Shown one piece after another: positions 10,785 through 20,351 of a DNA stretch of 64,000 nucleotides (position 1 is its first letter; every line of letters begins with the position of its first letter). The stretch lies in assembly GCA_034669905.1 (NCBI GenBank), contig JAXMOL010000006.1, positions 133,874 through 197,873 on the forward strand, in the 5' to 3' direction. A model generated the notes under the pieces. It was not told where the DNA came from. It did not search any database and saw only the letters and a list, made by a program, of their open reading frames with translations. The translations under genes and the position numbers were made by a program. The stretch is from Candidatus Hydrogenedentota bacterium. Its GTDB lineage: Bacteria; Hydrogenedentota; Hydrogenedentia; Hydrogenedentales; JAEUWI01.

Positions 10785-11369
10785 ATGCAATGCAATGTAC
10801 AAAGGAAGACGGTGGACGTGCCCTGGCAACCCGCGCCGAAGGCGACCCTGAGAATGGTGTTATTGATCGGCCCCCCGGGTGCCGGCAAATCGACGGTGGC
10901 CACAGCGCTGGCCCGACAGTGCCCCTATCAGAATGTAATATTGGATGGGGACGAATTGGCCCGTACCTTTCCGGGGGGGGCCAATCGCAAGCGGCTGGAT
11001 CTCGTGGAGCGCAATATCGTCCATTGCGCGGAAGGCTACCGTCAATGGGGCGCCCAGTATTGTTTTTGCAGCTGGATCGTGGCCCATCAGCATCGCCTGA
11101 ACCTTTTGGAAAAGCGACTGAGAACGGGGAACACCCACCTGCGGGTTATCGCCTTGGACGCCCCACTATCGGTTCTGGTAGAGCGAATGATGAAACGAAC
11201 ACCGTCCCGATTCGCACCTACGGAAGACAACCTGGACTACTTGAGCGGATTGCGAAAACGGATTCGGAATCTGGCCCATTGTGAGGTCCTGGATACGACA
11301 GGCCGACACTTTACCGATGTGGCCAACGAAGCGGCCGGGCTTATCAAGGAGCCGGGTTTCTGGGAGTAG
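10785..11369 (+). CDS. P-loop nucleotide kinase-like protein (AAA_33 type)
   Basis: LLIGPPGAGKST Walker A and ILDGD; start codon uncertain. Confidence 0.7.
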   Translation: MQCNVQRKTVDVPWQPAPKATLRMVLLIGPPGAGKSTVATALARQCPYQNVILDGDELARTFPGGANRKRLDLVERNIVHCAEGYRQWGAQYCFCSWIVAHQHRLNLLEKRLRTGNTHLRVIALDAPLSVLVERMMKRTPSRFAPTEDNLDYLSGLRKRIRNLAHCEVLDTTGRHFTDVANEAAGLIKEPGFWE

Positions 11370-11615
11370 GTGCGCTCAAGAGCCTACCGAAGCGTAGTCT
11401 TTTCCCTACCGGAAGGTGGGGTTTGGTGAGGTGTCACGCCAGCTGCCGAACGAAACCCAAGCCTGCGTGGCGGACCCGCCGGGACATGCTGCCGCGCTGT
11501 GGTGCGACATCCTGTCATTCGTCGGCGGGTCAGGCCACGTGGCGCACGTCTGGCACCGGTCATGCCCTAGCGGCAGAACGTCCCTGTGGTGCCTGGTGCG
11601 AAGGCTGTTCCCTGG

Positions 11616-12749
11616 CTACTCCGCCACCAGCTTTGTAGCAGTCGCTTCGGCGGGCTTCAGGTGGGAATCCATCCAGCCGTAGATAAGTTCCCGGGATTCG
11701 TGGTGCACGCTGTGTTTGCGGCCGTGGATGAAGAAGGCGTAGTTTTCCGGAACGCCGATGAGTTCGTAGAGGTCGGCGGTGGCGAGCATCATGAGGACCC
11801 GTTGACGCTGGGTGGCGGGGTTTCCGTCGTTGAGGGCGTCGACCTGGAGCATGGCGCGGGGTGCGGCCAGGGCCACCATGTGGTGAAAATCGATGGGGGG
11901 CAATTCGTTATTCAACAGGCCGGGCCGAAGGTGCTTGAAGTAGACATACCATTGGTTCCGCGCCCACGCCGTCACCTTGGGGTTGTGTCGGAAAGACGGC
12001 GCCGCACAATTGGAGGCCGCCGCCTTGATACGCTCATCGTAGGCCGCGAGGAAAATCGTGCCGTGTCCGCCAAGGGAATGGCCCATTGCGCCGATGTTTT
12101 CCGTGTCGACTTCCTCCAACGTTTCCAATACGTCAATGGCGATGCTGTGCTCGTAAGTGAATTTGCCGACCGCCGTCCACTCGGGGTGCTTCTCGTAAAA
12201 GGCCGTCGTGTCGTAAGGCCCCTTCGCGGGGATGCGGTGTCCCGATACGAAGTGCTCCGGCGCGATGGCCACATACCCCCGGCGGCAGAGGTGGTCCAGA
12301 TAGGCCTTGTCGGAGTCGTCTTCCAGGCCTGCAGCCCGACGTGCCCCCTGTTTATAGGTGCCCGGGAGGGCGACCACGGCAGGGAGTTTGCCGTCCCGCT
12401 TCAGGGGGATGCCGATATAGGCATGGGCCCGTTCGTCGGCTTCCACGGCATAGCTCACCAGCTTGCGGGTGTAGATACCTTCGACCTCCACCGTCTCGTG
12501 CACCTGTAGATCCAGGGGTGGGCGCTCGGGCTTGTGTTGATCGCGGAGGAGTTCGAGAAAGGCGGCCTTAATCTCGGGGCGTCGCGCCTCCCAGTCTTCC
12601 TTGGAGGTCAGGCCGTCGGTGAGATCGGTCCAGGAGCTTTCGACCGGCGGAGCTTCCATGAGGGGGTTGGGTGCGGGGTCCTGGGCCTGTGCGGCGGGGA
12701 AGAGGGCGCAGGTGGCAAGGGCAGTTAATAAGACGAGAGTAGATTTCAC
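11616..12749 (-). CDS. Secreted alpha/beta hydrolase (dienelactone hydrolase/acetylesterase-like)
   Basis: GTG start with AAGGA RBS, signal peptide ending AQA, GHSLGG motif. Confidence 0.8.
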   Translation of the reverse strand: MKSTLVLLTALATCALFPAAQAQDPAPNPLMEAPPVESSWTDLTDGLTSKEDWEARRPEIKAAFLELLRDQHKPERPPLDLQVHETVEVEGIYTRKLVSYAVEADERAHAYIGIPLKRDGKLPAVVALPGTYKQGARRAAGLEDDSDKAYLDHLCRRGYVAIAPEHFVSGHRIPAKGPYDTTAFYEKHPEWTAVGKFTYEHSIAIDVLETLEEVDTENIGAMGHSLGGHGTIFLAAYDERIKAAASNCAAPSFRHNPKVTAWARNQWYVYFKHLRPGLLNNELPPIDFHHMVALAAPRAMLQVDALNDGNPATQRQRVLMMLATADLYELIGVPENYAFFIHGRKHSVHHESRELIYGWMDSHLKPAEATATKLVAE

Positions 12750-12770
12750 GAAGCTAAATCCTTGGGGCTG

Positions 12771-12834
12771 TGGACAGGGTGGACGATGTGGACTTGGTGG
12801 ACAGGGTACACAACGGTTGTCCATAGGGTCCACC
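12771..12834. repeat. 9-nt-periodic repeat with a partial inverted arm (TGGAC core)
   Basis: TGGACAGGG-TGGACGATG-TGGACTTGG-TGGACAGGG ... GTCCATAGG-GTCCACC. Confidence 0.75.
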
Positions 12835-12896
12835 CTGGACGCTTGGACACCATGTTTGGGTGCTGCGCTGCTTGGATCTGTTTCAGCCGGATGAGT

Positions 12897-13121
12897 CTAT
12901 AACAAGGCGAGAAATGCTTCTTCGGTTAGACCTGCCTGCCGAATGATTGCTTTCAGTGTGCCTCGGGGCAGATCTCTTGCATGCATGGGGACCGTCGTCA
13001 CAAAGGGGCGGTCGGGATGGGACAGGAAGACATGGCTCCCACGTTGGCGACGCTCTTCGAAGCCAGCGCGTTTCAATGCGGCGATGACTTCGCGGGGGGT
13101 GAGGGTGGGGAAGCGGGTCAT
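12897..13121 (-). CDS. hicA: HicA toxin
   Basis: LKRAGF..RQRGSH and TVPMH.RDLPRGTLKAI; 74 aa. Confidence 0.9.
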   Translation of the reverse strand: MTRFPTLTPREVIAALKRAGFEERRQRGSHVFLSHPDRPFVTTVPMHARDLPRGTLKAIIRQAGLTEEAFLALL

Positions 13122-13369
13122 ACTGCCGCAGGCGGAGTCACCTGAACAAGCGTGTCCATCGGTGTAGATAGGGACTCCTCGGGGATTGCTTTTCCATCGT
13201 CGACCAGTACTTCGAGATAACCCTCTATGGCCTCCTGGGCCATAGCCAGTGCATGGTCATAGTTTTCACCCCAGGTAACGCAGCCCGGCAAGGCAGGAAC
13301 GGTTACCGTAAAGCCACCTTCGGGTTCGGGTTCCAAGTGAATTCTATAGGTGTGTGTTTTCACGGTCAT
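13118..13369 (-). CDS. hicB: HicB antitoxin, short form
   Basis: GGFTVTVPALPGCVTWGE..EAIEGYL; stop overlaps the hicA start. Confidence 0.9.
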   Translation of the reverse strand: MTVKTHTYRIHLEPEPEGGFTVTVPALPGCVTWGENYDHALAMAQEAIEGYLEVLVDDGKAIPEESLSTPMDTLVQVTPPAAV

Positions 13370-13702
13370 TACCCTCAAGTTCGTCAAAGGCAGTATAGCA
13401 GAGGCCCCCGAATCCGTAAAGAGAGAGGGTAATCGCCGTGGAATCGACCCTATCCGCCCGCCCCCACGATCTCCATACTTAACTTTTGCATACCTTTGCA
13501 GCGATAGCCCCGCCTTCCGCATCTTGCGCGCTTTGGCCTCTGCGCCGTATAATACCCCTTCTTGTGACACCCTCGGTGTTACCTGTCCCCCCGTGCACAT
13601 CGGCCCAGGCTGGCCGGTCGAAGCGCTACTGTCCAGAGGGAATTGGGCTGAATGGTACGCGCGCTGCACGCAACGTCTTTAGTGAACTGGAAGGTACTTA
13701 TC

Positions 13703-15970
13703 ATGGCTTTCGATATCGATATGATCGAGAAGGTATACGCCCGCGCCGCGGAACGTATTGAGGCGGCACGCAAGATCGTAGGGCGCCCCCTTACGCTGGC
13801 GGAAAAGACCCTATACGCCCACCTCTGGGATGGCACGCCGACGAAAGCCTTCACGCGCGGTGCCGATTATGTCGACTTTGCCCCCGACCGGGTGGCCATG
13901 CAGGATGCGACGGCCCAGATGGCCCTGCTCCAGTTCATGCAGGCCGGCAAGGCCAAGGTGGCCGTACCTTCCACGGCCCACTGCGATCACCTGATTCAGG
14001 CCAAGTCCGGCGCGGTAGCCGATTTGGCCGAGTCCATCACCAACAACAAAGAGGTCTTCGATTTTCTGGCCTCCGTTTCCAATAAATACGGCATCGGCTT
14101 CTGGAAGCCCGGCGCGGGCATCATCCACCAGGTGGTCCTTGAAAACTACGCCTTCCCCGGCGGCATGATGATTGGCACCGACTCCCACACCGTGAACGCG
14201 GGTGGACTCGGCATGGTCGCCATCGGTGTGGGTGGCGCGGACGCCGTAGACGTCATGGCCGGTATGCCCTGGGAATTGAAATTCCCCAAACTCATCGGTG
14301 TGAAGCTCACCGGCAAGATGAGTGGCTGGACCACCCCGAAAGACGTCATCCTGAAGGTGGCCGGTATCCTGACCGTTAAGGGCGGCACGGGCGCCATCGT
14401 CGAATACTTCGGCGAAGGTTCCGAGAGCATGTCCTGCACGGGTAAAGGCACCATCTGCAACATGGGTGCAGAAATTGGCGCGACCACGTCGACCTTCGCT
14501 TTCGACGACTCCATGGTGCGCTACCTCGAAGCCACCGACCGTGCGGATGTGGCCGCCCTCGCCAAGGCCCAGGCCGAACACCTTCGTCCCGACCCGGAAG
14601 TCTATGAGAATCCCGAGAAGTACTACGACCAGCTCATCGAAATCGATCTGAGCGAATTGGAGCCCCACCTCAACGGACCTTTCACGCCCGACCGCGCTAC
14701 GCCGGTTTCCAAGATGAAAGAAGTCTGCGCAGAAAACGGTTGGCCGAAGGAAGTGGAAGTGGGCCTCATCGGTTCCTGCACCAACTCCAGCTATGAAGAC
14801 ATGACCTCCGCCGCCTCCGTGGCGCGCCAGGCCAAGGAAAAGAATCTCAAGGCCAAAGCCGAATTCACCATCACCCCCGGCTCCGAGCTGGTGCGGGCGA
14901 CGGTGGAGCGCGATGGCGTCCTTGCCGACTTTGAGACCATTGGTGGCCAGGTGCTGGCCAATGCCTGTGGTCCCTGCATCGGTCAGTGGGCCCGCTATCG
15001 CCATGGTGAAGAGCAAAAGGCCAACACCATCGTCCACTCCTTCAACCGGAACTTCGCCAAGCGCGCCGATGGCAACCCCAAGACCCACGCCTTCGTGACC
15101 TCGCCTGCTCTGGTGACGGCCCTGGCGTTGGCTGGTGACCTGACCTTCAACCCCATCACCGACACCTTGACCAACGAAGCGGGTGAGCAGGTGAAGCTCG
15201 ATCCGCCGACGGCCGTCGAGCTGCCCCCCAAGGGATTCGGCTGCGACGACCCCGGCTACCAGGCGCCGGCCGAAGATGGCAGCGGTGTGCAGGTCGTGGT
15301 GGACCCGGATTCCAAACGCCTTCAGTTGCTGGAGCCCTTCGCGCCCAACAGTGGCGACATCACGGGCATGAAGCTCCTGATTAAGGCCAAGGGCAAATGC
15401 ACGACGGACCACATCTCCATGGCGGGACCGTGGTTGCGTTTCCGGGGCCACTTGGACAACATCTCCGACAACTGCCTCATCGGTGCCATCAACGCCTTCA
15501 ACGACGAAGCCAACTCGGTCAAGAGCCAGCTCACGGGTGAATACGGCGAAGTGCCGGCCGTGCAGCGTGCGTACAAGACGCAGGGCATCCAGACGATTGT
15601 GGTGGGTGACGAAAACTACGGTGAAGGCTCCAGCCGCGAACACGCTGCGATGGAACCCCGTTTCCTCGGTGTCCGTGCCGTGCTGGTGAAAAGCTTCGCC
15701 CGTATCCACGAGACCAACCTGAAGAAGCAGGGCATGCTCGCGCTGACCTTCGCCGACGCTGCGGACTACGACAAGATCCAGGAAGATGATACCATCGATA
15801 TTCTGGGCCTCGATAGCTTCGCACCCAACACCCCGCTGACCATCCGCCTGACCCACGGGGACGGTTCCACGGAAGAATTCTCCGTGAACCACACCTTCAA
15901 TGAAGGCCAGATTGAGTGGTGGAAAGCCGGTAGCGCGCTGAATCTCATCAAGATGCAGAGCGCCAATTAA
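13703..15970 (+). CDS. acn: Aconitate hydratase, mitochondrial-like type
   Basis: [48 protein letters not shown]. Confidence 0.95.
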   Translation: MAFDIDMIEKVYARAAERIEAARKIVGRPLTLAEKTLYAHLWDGTPTKAFTRGADYVDFAPDRVAMQDATAQMALLQFMQAGKAKVAVPSTAHCDHLIQAKSGAVADLAESITNNKEVFDFLASVSNKYGIGFWKPGAGIIHQVVLENYAFPGGMMIGTDSHTVNAGGLGMVAIGVGGADAVDVMAGMPWELKFPKLIGVKLTGKMSGWTTPKDVILKVAGILTVKGGTGAIVEYFGEGSESMSCTGKGTICNMGAEIGATTSTFAFDDSMVRYLEATDRADVAALAKAQAEHLRPDPEVYENPEKYYDQLIEIDLSELEPHLNGPFTPDRATPVSKMKEVCAENGWPKEVEVGLIGSCTNSSYEDMTSAASVARQAKEKNLKAKAEFTITPGSELVRATVERDGVLADFETIGGQVLANACGPCIGQWARYRHGEEQKANTIVHSFNRNFAKRADGNPKTHAFVTSPALVTALALAGDLTFNPITDTLTNEAGEQVKLDPPTAVELPPKGFGCDDPGYQAPAEDGSGVQVVVDPDSKRLQLLEPFAPNSGDITGMKLLIKAKGKCTTDHISMAGPWLRFRGHLDNISDNCLIGAINAFNDEANSVKSQLTGEYGEVPAVQRAYKTQGIQTIVVGDENYGEGSSREHAAMEPRFLGVRAVLVKSFARIHETNLKKQGMLALTFADAADYDKIQEDDTIDILGLDSFAPNTPLTIRLTHGDGSTEEFSVNHTFNEGQIEWWKAGSALNLIKMQSAN

Positions 15971-15992
15971 GAATAGTGAATTGAGAATTTAG
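15971..15992. repeat. Short 7-nt repeat remnant
   Basis: GAATAGTGAATTGAGAAT, identical to 7133-7150. Confidence 0.65.
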
Positions 15993-15997
15993 CTTTG

Positions 15998-16040
15998 AGC
16001 CCCGGTGCCTCTTGAGGTGCCGGGGCTTTTTCTTGTTTTT
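15998..16040 (+). terminator. Intrinsic terminator of the aconitase gene
   Basis: AGCCCCGG...CCGGGGCT followed by a T-tract. Confidence 0.85.
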
Positions 16041-16132
16041 CAATGGGTCGTATGGGGCTTATGGGTCTGATGGTAGTCGCCGGTTTTGAGAAGCGGCGCT
16101 CCATAGGTCCCATTCGTCCCATACGTCCCATG
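16041..16132. repeat. 9-nt-periodic inverted repeat (ATGGG core)
   Basis: ATGGGTCGT-ATGGGGCTT-ATGGGTCTG-ATGG ... CCATAGGTC-CCATTCGTC-CCATACGTC-CCATG. Confidence 0.85.
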
Positions 16133-16300
16133 GAGCAAGCCATTTCGCTTCACTCCAGCGTGAAACGCACCAGGCCAGGCCGTTTGCGCGGTAGCGCGTC
16201 ACGCGTGGTAGAATCGCTAAGGCTACACCATTCACGTGGCCATCGTCTTTCGAGACTTCGACAACGCGGGGCATTCTTCAACAAAGTGGGAAAAAGAAAC

Positions 16301-17650
16301 ATGCGTCTATTGACTCTATTGGTGTGTCTGTTCTTGATCGTAACGGGAGCCCTTGCCGCTGACCCGCCACCGCCGAACTCCCAGCCCGGCTACCAGGCCA
16401 TCTGGTTTGAGCTTGGGCAGAAGAGCGAGTTCGGCGACAAGTATTCGGGCGGTTTGGGGACCTATACGGCGAAGCACCGTCCTATCGCCATTCATTCCGC
16501 TGAGGCGCAGAAGACCTTTTTTGTCTATGGCGGCGCGAAGGACCAGAAGCGGTACCTGTTGAACATGATTGGCTATTACGACCATGCCACCAACGCACTG
16601 GGTGTGCCGGTCGTGGTGCACGACAAGCAGGGGGTGAACGATCCCCACGACAATTCTTCCCTCGCCATCGACGACGAAGGGCGCCTGTGGGTCTTCGTCA
16701 GTGGGCGTGGGCGTTCGCGGCCCGGCTTCATCTATCGCAGCGAAAAGCCCTACGACATCCACTCCCTGAAGCAGGTGTTTGAGGGCGAATTTGCCTATCC
16801 CCAGCCCCTTTGGCTTTCGGGCTCGGGATTCCTCCATTGTTTCACCAAGTACACGCGGGGTCGTGAGTTGTATTGGAATACGAGCGCCGACGGTGTGACC
16901 TGGGCCGAAGACCAGAAACTGGCCGGCATGGGTGGGCACTACCAGAACGTGGAACAGCAAGACGGCACGGTCTTCATGAGTTTCAACTACCACCCCAAGG
17001 GGAACGTCGATAAGCGGACGAACTTGTACTTTCTGAAGACGGTTGATGGGGGCGCTACCTGGAACACCGTCAGCGGAGAGACTATCACGCCCCCGCTCAC
17101 AGACCCCCATTGCGCCGCCCTCGTTCGCGATTACGAGAGCGAAGGCCGTCTCGTCTATCTTAAGGACGTGCAGTTTGACGCGGCGGGCAATCCCATTGTC
17201 CTTGTCGTGACCAGTGCCCTTCACCAACCCGGACCGGGCGGTGAGCCGCGCATCTGGGAAATCGTGCACTGGGACGGGGCGCAGTGGAACTTCCACGAAG
17301 TCACACGATCCACCCACAACTACGACATGGGACAACTCTGGGTGGAAGGCGACACGTGGCGCATCCTCGGCCCGACGGAAACCGGACCCCAACGGTGGGG
17401 CACGGGGGGCGAGGTCGCGCTCTGGGAAAGTGCGGACAGGGGTAAGTCATGGGTGAAGAAGAAACAGCTCACTGAGAATTCCGAATATAACCACAGCTAC
17501 GTGCGCCGTCCCTTCAACGCCCATCCTGATTTCTATGCCTTGTGGGCCGATGGAAACCCCGACGCCTTCTCGCCCTCGAAACTCTACTACACGGACCGTG
17601 ACGCGAAGTCTGTCCACGAGATGCCCTATTGGATGCCCCTGGATAAATAG
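16301..17650 (+). CDS. Secreted BNR-4 repeat protein
   Basis: Signal peptide; DPHDN motif, FAYPQ, Asp-boxes TVDGGATW and SADRGKSW. Confidence 0.75.
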   Translation: MRLLTLLVCLFLIVTGALAADPPPPNSQPGYQAIWFELGQKSEFGDKYSGGLGTYTAKHRPIAIHSAEAQKTFFVYGGAKDQKRYLLNMIGYYDHATNALGVPVVVHDKQGVNDPHDNSSLAIDDEGRLWVFVSGRGRSRPGFIYRSEKPYDIHSLKQVFEGEFAYPQPLWLSGSGFLHCFTKYTRGRELYWNTSADGVTWAEDQKLAGMGGHYQNVEQQDGTVFMSFNYHPKGNVDKRTNLYFLKTVDGGATWNTVSGETITPPLTDPHCAALVRDYESEGRLVYLKDVQFDAAGNPIVLVVTSALHQPGPGGEPRIWEIVHWDGAQWNFHEVTRSTHNYDMGQLWVEGDTWRILGPTETGPQRWGTGGEVALWESADRGKSWVKKKQLTENSEYNHSYVRRPFNAHPDFYALWADGNPDAFSPSKLYYTDRDAKSVHEMPYWMPLDK

Positions 17651-17686
17651 GCAGCCAAATTCTCTCAATCCATCCAGGCCCCCAAT

Positions 17687-17942
17687 CGTGCCGCGCGATC
17701 TCGCCTGGACGCGCCAGCGTCCCCGCGAGTTCGTGCGTGGGGCCACCCAAGTCCTCTCAATCTATCACGGTCCCCGCAACCGTGCGGCACGGTCGGTATT
17801 TCGTGCGTGGGGATAGTCGAAGTGTCGTGGGTGGGCGGCGAATGGCCGATGCTACTTTCGCACGAACTCCGGAACGCTCGCCGGACTCGCCTTCCAGAGA
17901 TCGCGCGGCACGGCCTGGGCATCGTGGGTGGGCGGCGAATGG
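17687..17942. repeat. REP/BIME-like nested palindromic element
   Basis: Perfect 16-bp IR 17687-17702/17897-17912; inner 11-bp IR 17727-17737/17859-17869; 21-nt direct repeat at 17825 and 17922. Confidence 0.7.
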
Positions 17943-17959
17943 AAGCGCCGAATTGCGTC

Positions 17960-18865
17960 TCAGCCCAGGGCGACCCAAACCAACCCCACAAACATCAGTC
18001 CCACGCCCACGACCTTGGGGCGGTGGGCCGGTTCGCCGAGCAGGACGATACCGACCAGGGCGCCGAGGGGGATGCTGAGTTGCCGGAAGGCCACCACGTA
18101 GGCCACATCGTCGACGTAGGCCAGGGAAATCAGGATGAGCAGGTATCCGAGAATCATCCCGCCGCTGGTGAGAAACATGGCTTTCCAATGACGCAAGAGA
18201 ATAACCTTCGCCTCCCGCCGGCGGATCTTGTGGGTCAGGATCCACGGCAGGAGCCACAGAAAGGTAAAGGTGCTCTCCAGGAAGGCATAGACGATGGTGA
18301 GCGGAACGGGGTTGTCCCCCGAATCGGGCACCGCCCGAAAGAGGTGCAGCGCGTGGTCGTCGATGATCGAGTAGCCCGTGGTGCCGATGGCGGCGATGAG
18401 GGCAAAGAGGCAGGAGCGGTTTCGGTAATGTCGCCAATGCCAATCGGAAAAGGTGGGCAGGGGCAGGAGCAGCACGCCGACCACAATAAGCAAGCCGCCC
18501 GCGTAGAGTCCGGTGTGGAGGGGGGAGCCACTCCACACGACGCGGATGAGGGCCACCAGCAGGACGGGAATCGCCCGGGCGAGGGGGTAGGCCACAGAGA
18601 GATGTCCGCTTTGGTAGGCCCCCACGAGACCCGTCATGTAGAGGGCCTGGAAGCAACTGGTCAGCAGGAGACAGCCCCAGACCTGCGGGGGGATGACCGT
18701 GAAGAGGGACACGTTCCACACGACGATGGGGGAGAGGAGGATGTTGCCAAACACCAAGGCGACGGCGAAGAAGGGGAGGTTGGGGTGGTGTTTCTTCCCG
18801 ACAAAATTCCAGGCCACGTGGGCGCACGCGGCAGTCACAATAAGGAGGATGGCGGTGAGGGTCAT
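17960..18865 (-). CDS. EamA/DMT family transporter
   Basis: About 10 hydrophobic segments; HVAWN, LSVAYPLAR, AFRQLSI, LLGE. Confidence 0.88.
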   Translation of the reverse strand: MTLTAILLIVTAACAHVAWNFVGKKHHPNLPFFAVALVFGNILLSPIVVWNVSLFTVIPPQVWGCLLLTSCFQALYMTGLVGAYQSGHLSVAYPLARAIPVLLVALIRVVWSGSPLHTGLYAGGLLIVVGVLLLPLPTFSDWHWRHYRNRSCLFALIAAIGTTGYSIIDDHALHLFRAVPDSGDNPVPLTIVYAFLESTFTFLWLLPWILTHKIRRREAKVILLRHWKAMFLTSGGMILGYLLILISLAYVDDVAYVVAFRQLSIPLGALVGIVLLGEPAHRPKVVGVGLMFVGLVWVALG

Positions 18866-18886
18866 GTATTGAAGCCTGGTAGGTTG

Positions 18887-19064
18887 ATGGGGGTGTTGGG
18901 GTTTAAGGGGCGAATGGGTCGTATGGGACTTACGGGTCGTATGACTATACAATAAGCGAGGCTGTGCCCACGGCGCTTGGTTGCCGGGACCGATCACGCG
19001 GGTCTAACCCGGATATTGCAGGAATATAAGGTAGTAAGCCCCATACGCCCCATAAGACCCATTG
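18887..19064. repeat. 9-nt-periodic inverted repeat (ATGGG core), same family as 16041
   Basis: ATGGGTCGT-ATGGGACTT-ACGGGTCGT ... CCCCATACG-CCCCATAAG-ACCCATTG. Confidence 0.8.
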
Positions 19065-20174
19065 TTAAGTGGCATCACCCGCCATCGCCACCCGCTGATA
19101 AACCGCCATGGTCTCTTCCGCGCAGCGCTGCCAAGTGAATTGGGCGGCCCGCGCAGGCCCGGCAACGTGGAGCGACTCCCGTAGCGCGTTGTCTTGAGAA
19201 AGGCGCGTCATAGCGTCGGCGATGGCCCCTTTGTCGCTGGGATCGACCAGCAACGTCGCGTCCCCCGCGACTTCCGGGAGGCTCGTGGTGTTGGAGGTGA
19301 TTACCGGTGTCCCACAGGCCATGGCCTCCAACACGGGCAGGCCGAAACCCTCATAGAGGCTCGGCCACACGAAGGCCCGCGCGGCGCTCAGCAGGGCGGG
19401 CAGGTCGGAGGCGTCGATAAAGCCGGGGCGGTGGATGCGCTCCCGGTGTTGGGTATGGGCAATTGCGTCGTCGAGTTCGTTGGTCTTCCAGCCGACGCGC
19501 CCGGCGATGACGAGATCTTCGGGGATGTCGGCCGCAACGCGGTCCCAGGCACGGACGACCCGGGCGAGGTTTTTTCGGGGTTCCAACGTGCCGACATAGA
19601 GGAAGAAGCGTTCCGGTAGGCCATACCGTTTCCGGGCGGCGTGCACGTGGTGCTCCGACGGGCGGCGGAAGGTCTCGCCCACCCCAAGGGGGATGGCGGT
19701 GATGCGGGCCTGGTCGATATCCATGAGCGTGTGGACGTCTCGGGCGGTAGCCTGTGAATCCGCGATGATATGGGCGGCCCGTTGTGCGCTGCGTGTTCCG
19801 GCCCACCGATAGTATTGGGCCCGCTCCCAGCGAAACCATTCGGGGTGGCGCAGAAAAATACAATCGTGGACCGTGAGTACCACGTTCGTCCCGCCGTCCA
19901 GGGGGCCAATGCTGGCAGGAAAATGGACCACGTCATAGGCCGGGGCCACGCGCCCAATCTGTCGCTCCCGCATGATCCGGTGCCAGAGGCCCACAGGCTG
20001 GGGGAGTAGTTCAACGCGGTCGGCCCAGGGGCCTGGGGACAGGCCTTCGGGCCACCAGACGGTTAGTTGGGGGCCGTCCTCCAGGGCGACCAGCGCGCGA
20101 AGGAGTTCCTCCACGTAGCGGCCCGTACCGCTCTGGTTGCCCGCCTGCATGGCGTTGAAAAGCACGCGCATCAT
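19065..20174 (-). CDS. Glycosyltransferase family 4 (GT-B)
   Basis: YVGTLEPRKN, PSLYEGFGLPVLEAMACG, SLPEVAGD. Confidence 0.92.
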   Translation of the reverse strand: MMRVLFNAMQAGNQSGTGRYVEELLRALVALEDGPQLTVWWPEGLSPGPWADRVELLPQPVGLWHRIMRERQIGRVAPAYDVVHFPASIGPLDGGTNVVLTVHDCIFLRHPEWFRWERAQYYRWAGTRSAQRAAHIIADSQATARDVHTLMDIDQARITAIPLGVGETFRRPSEHHVHAARKRYGLPERFFLYVGTLEPRKNLARVVRAWDRVAADIPEDLVIAGRVGWKTNELDDAIAHTQHRERIHRPGFIDASDLPALLSAARAFVWPSLYEGFGLPVLEAMACGTPVITSNTTSLPEVAGDATLLVDPSDKGAIADAMTRLSQDNALRESLHVAGPARAAQFTWQRCAEETMAVYQRVAMAGDAT

Positions 20175-20250
20175 GAAGTTTGAAGGGGGAAGTTCGAAGG
20201 GTGAATAGTGAAGGGTGAATAGTGAAATGAGAAGGGCGAAGGGTAAAAGG
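20174..20250. repeat. Eleven degenerate 7-nt tandem units (nGAAnnn)
   Basis: TGAAGTT-TGAAGGG-GGAAGTT-CGAAGGG-TGAATAG-TGAAGGG-TGAATAG-TGAAATG-AGAAGGG-CGAAGGG-TAAAAGG. Confidence 0.85.
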
Positions 20251-20351
20251 TGGCACCATGGGCCAAACGTTGCACGGCCCTGCACCTGCCAGGCCACGCG
20301 TGCCTCCTGTCCTTGATGGTTGCACCCGTGGTGTTTCGTGAAATTCTTTTT

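Noticed and set aside
13400..13702. Possible riboswitch in the aconitase leader
   Set aside because: Some pairing is possible but no known aptamer consensus was recognised.
16043..16300. N-terminal extensions in the ORF track (MGRMGLMG..., also at 12833, 18997 and 20297)
   Set aside because: They translate intergenic repeats; downstream starts give proper signal peptides or family N-termini.
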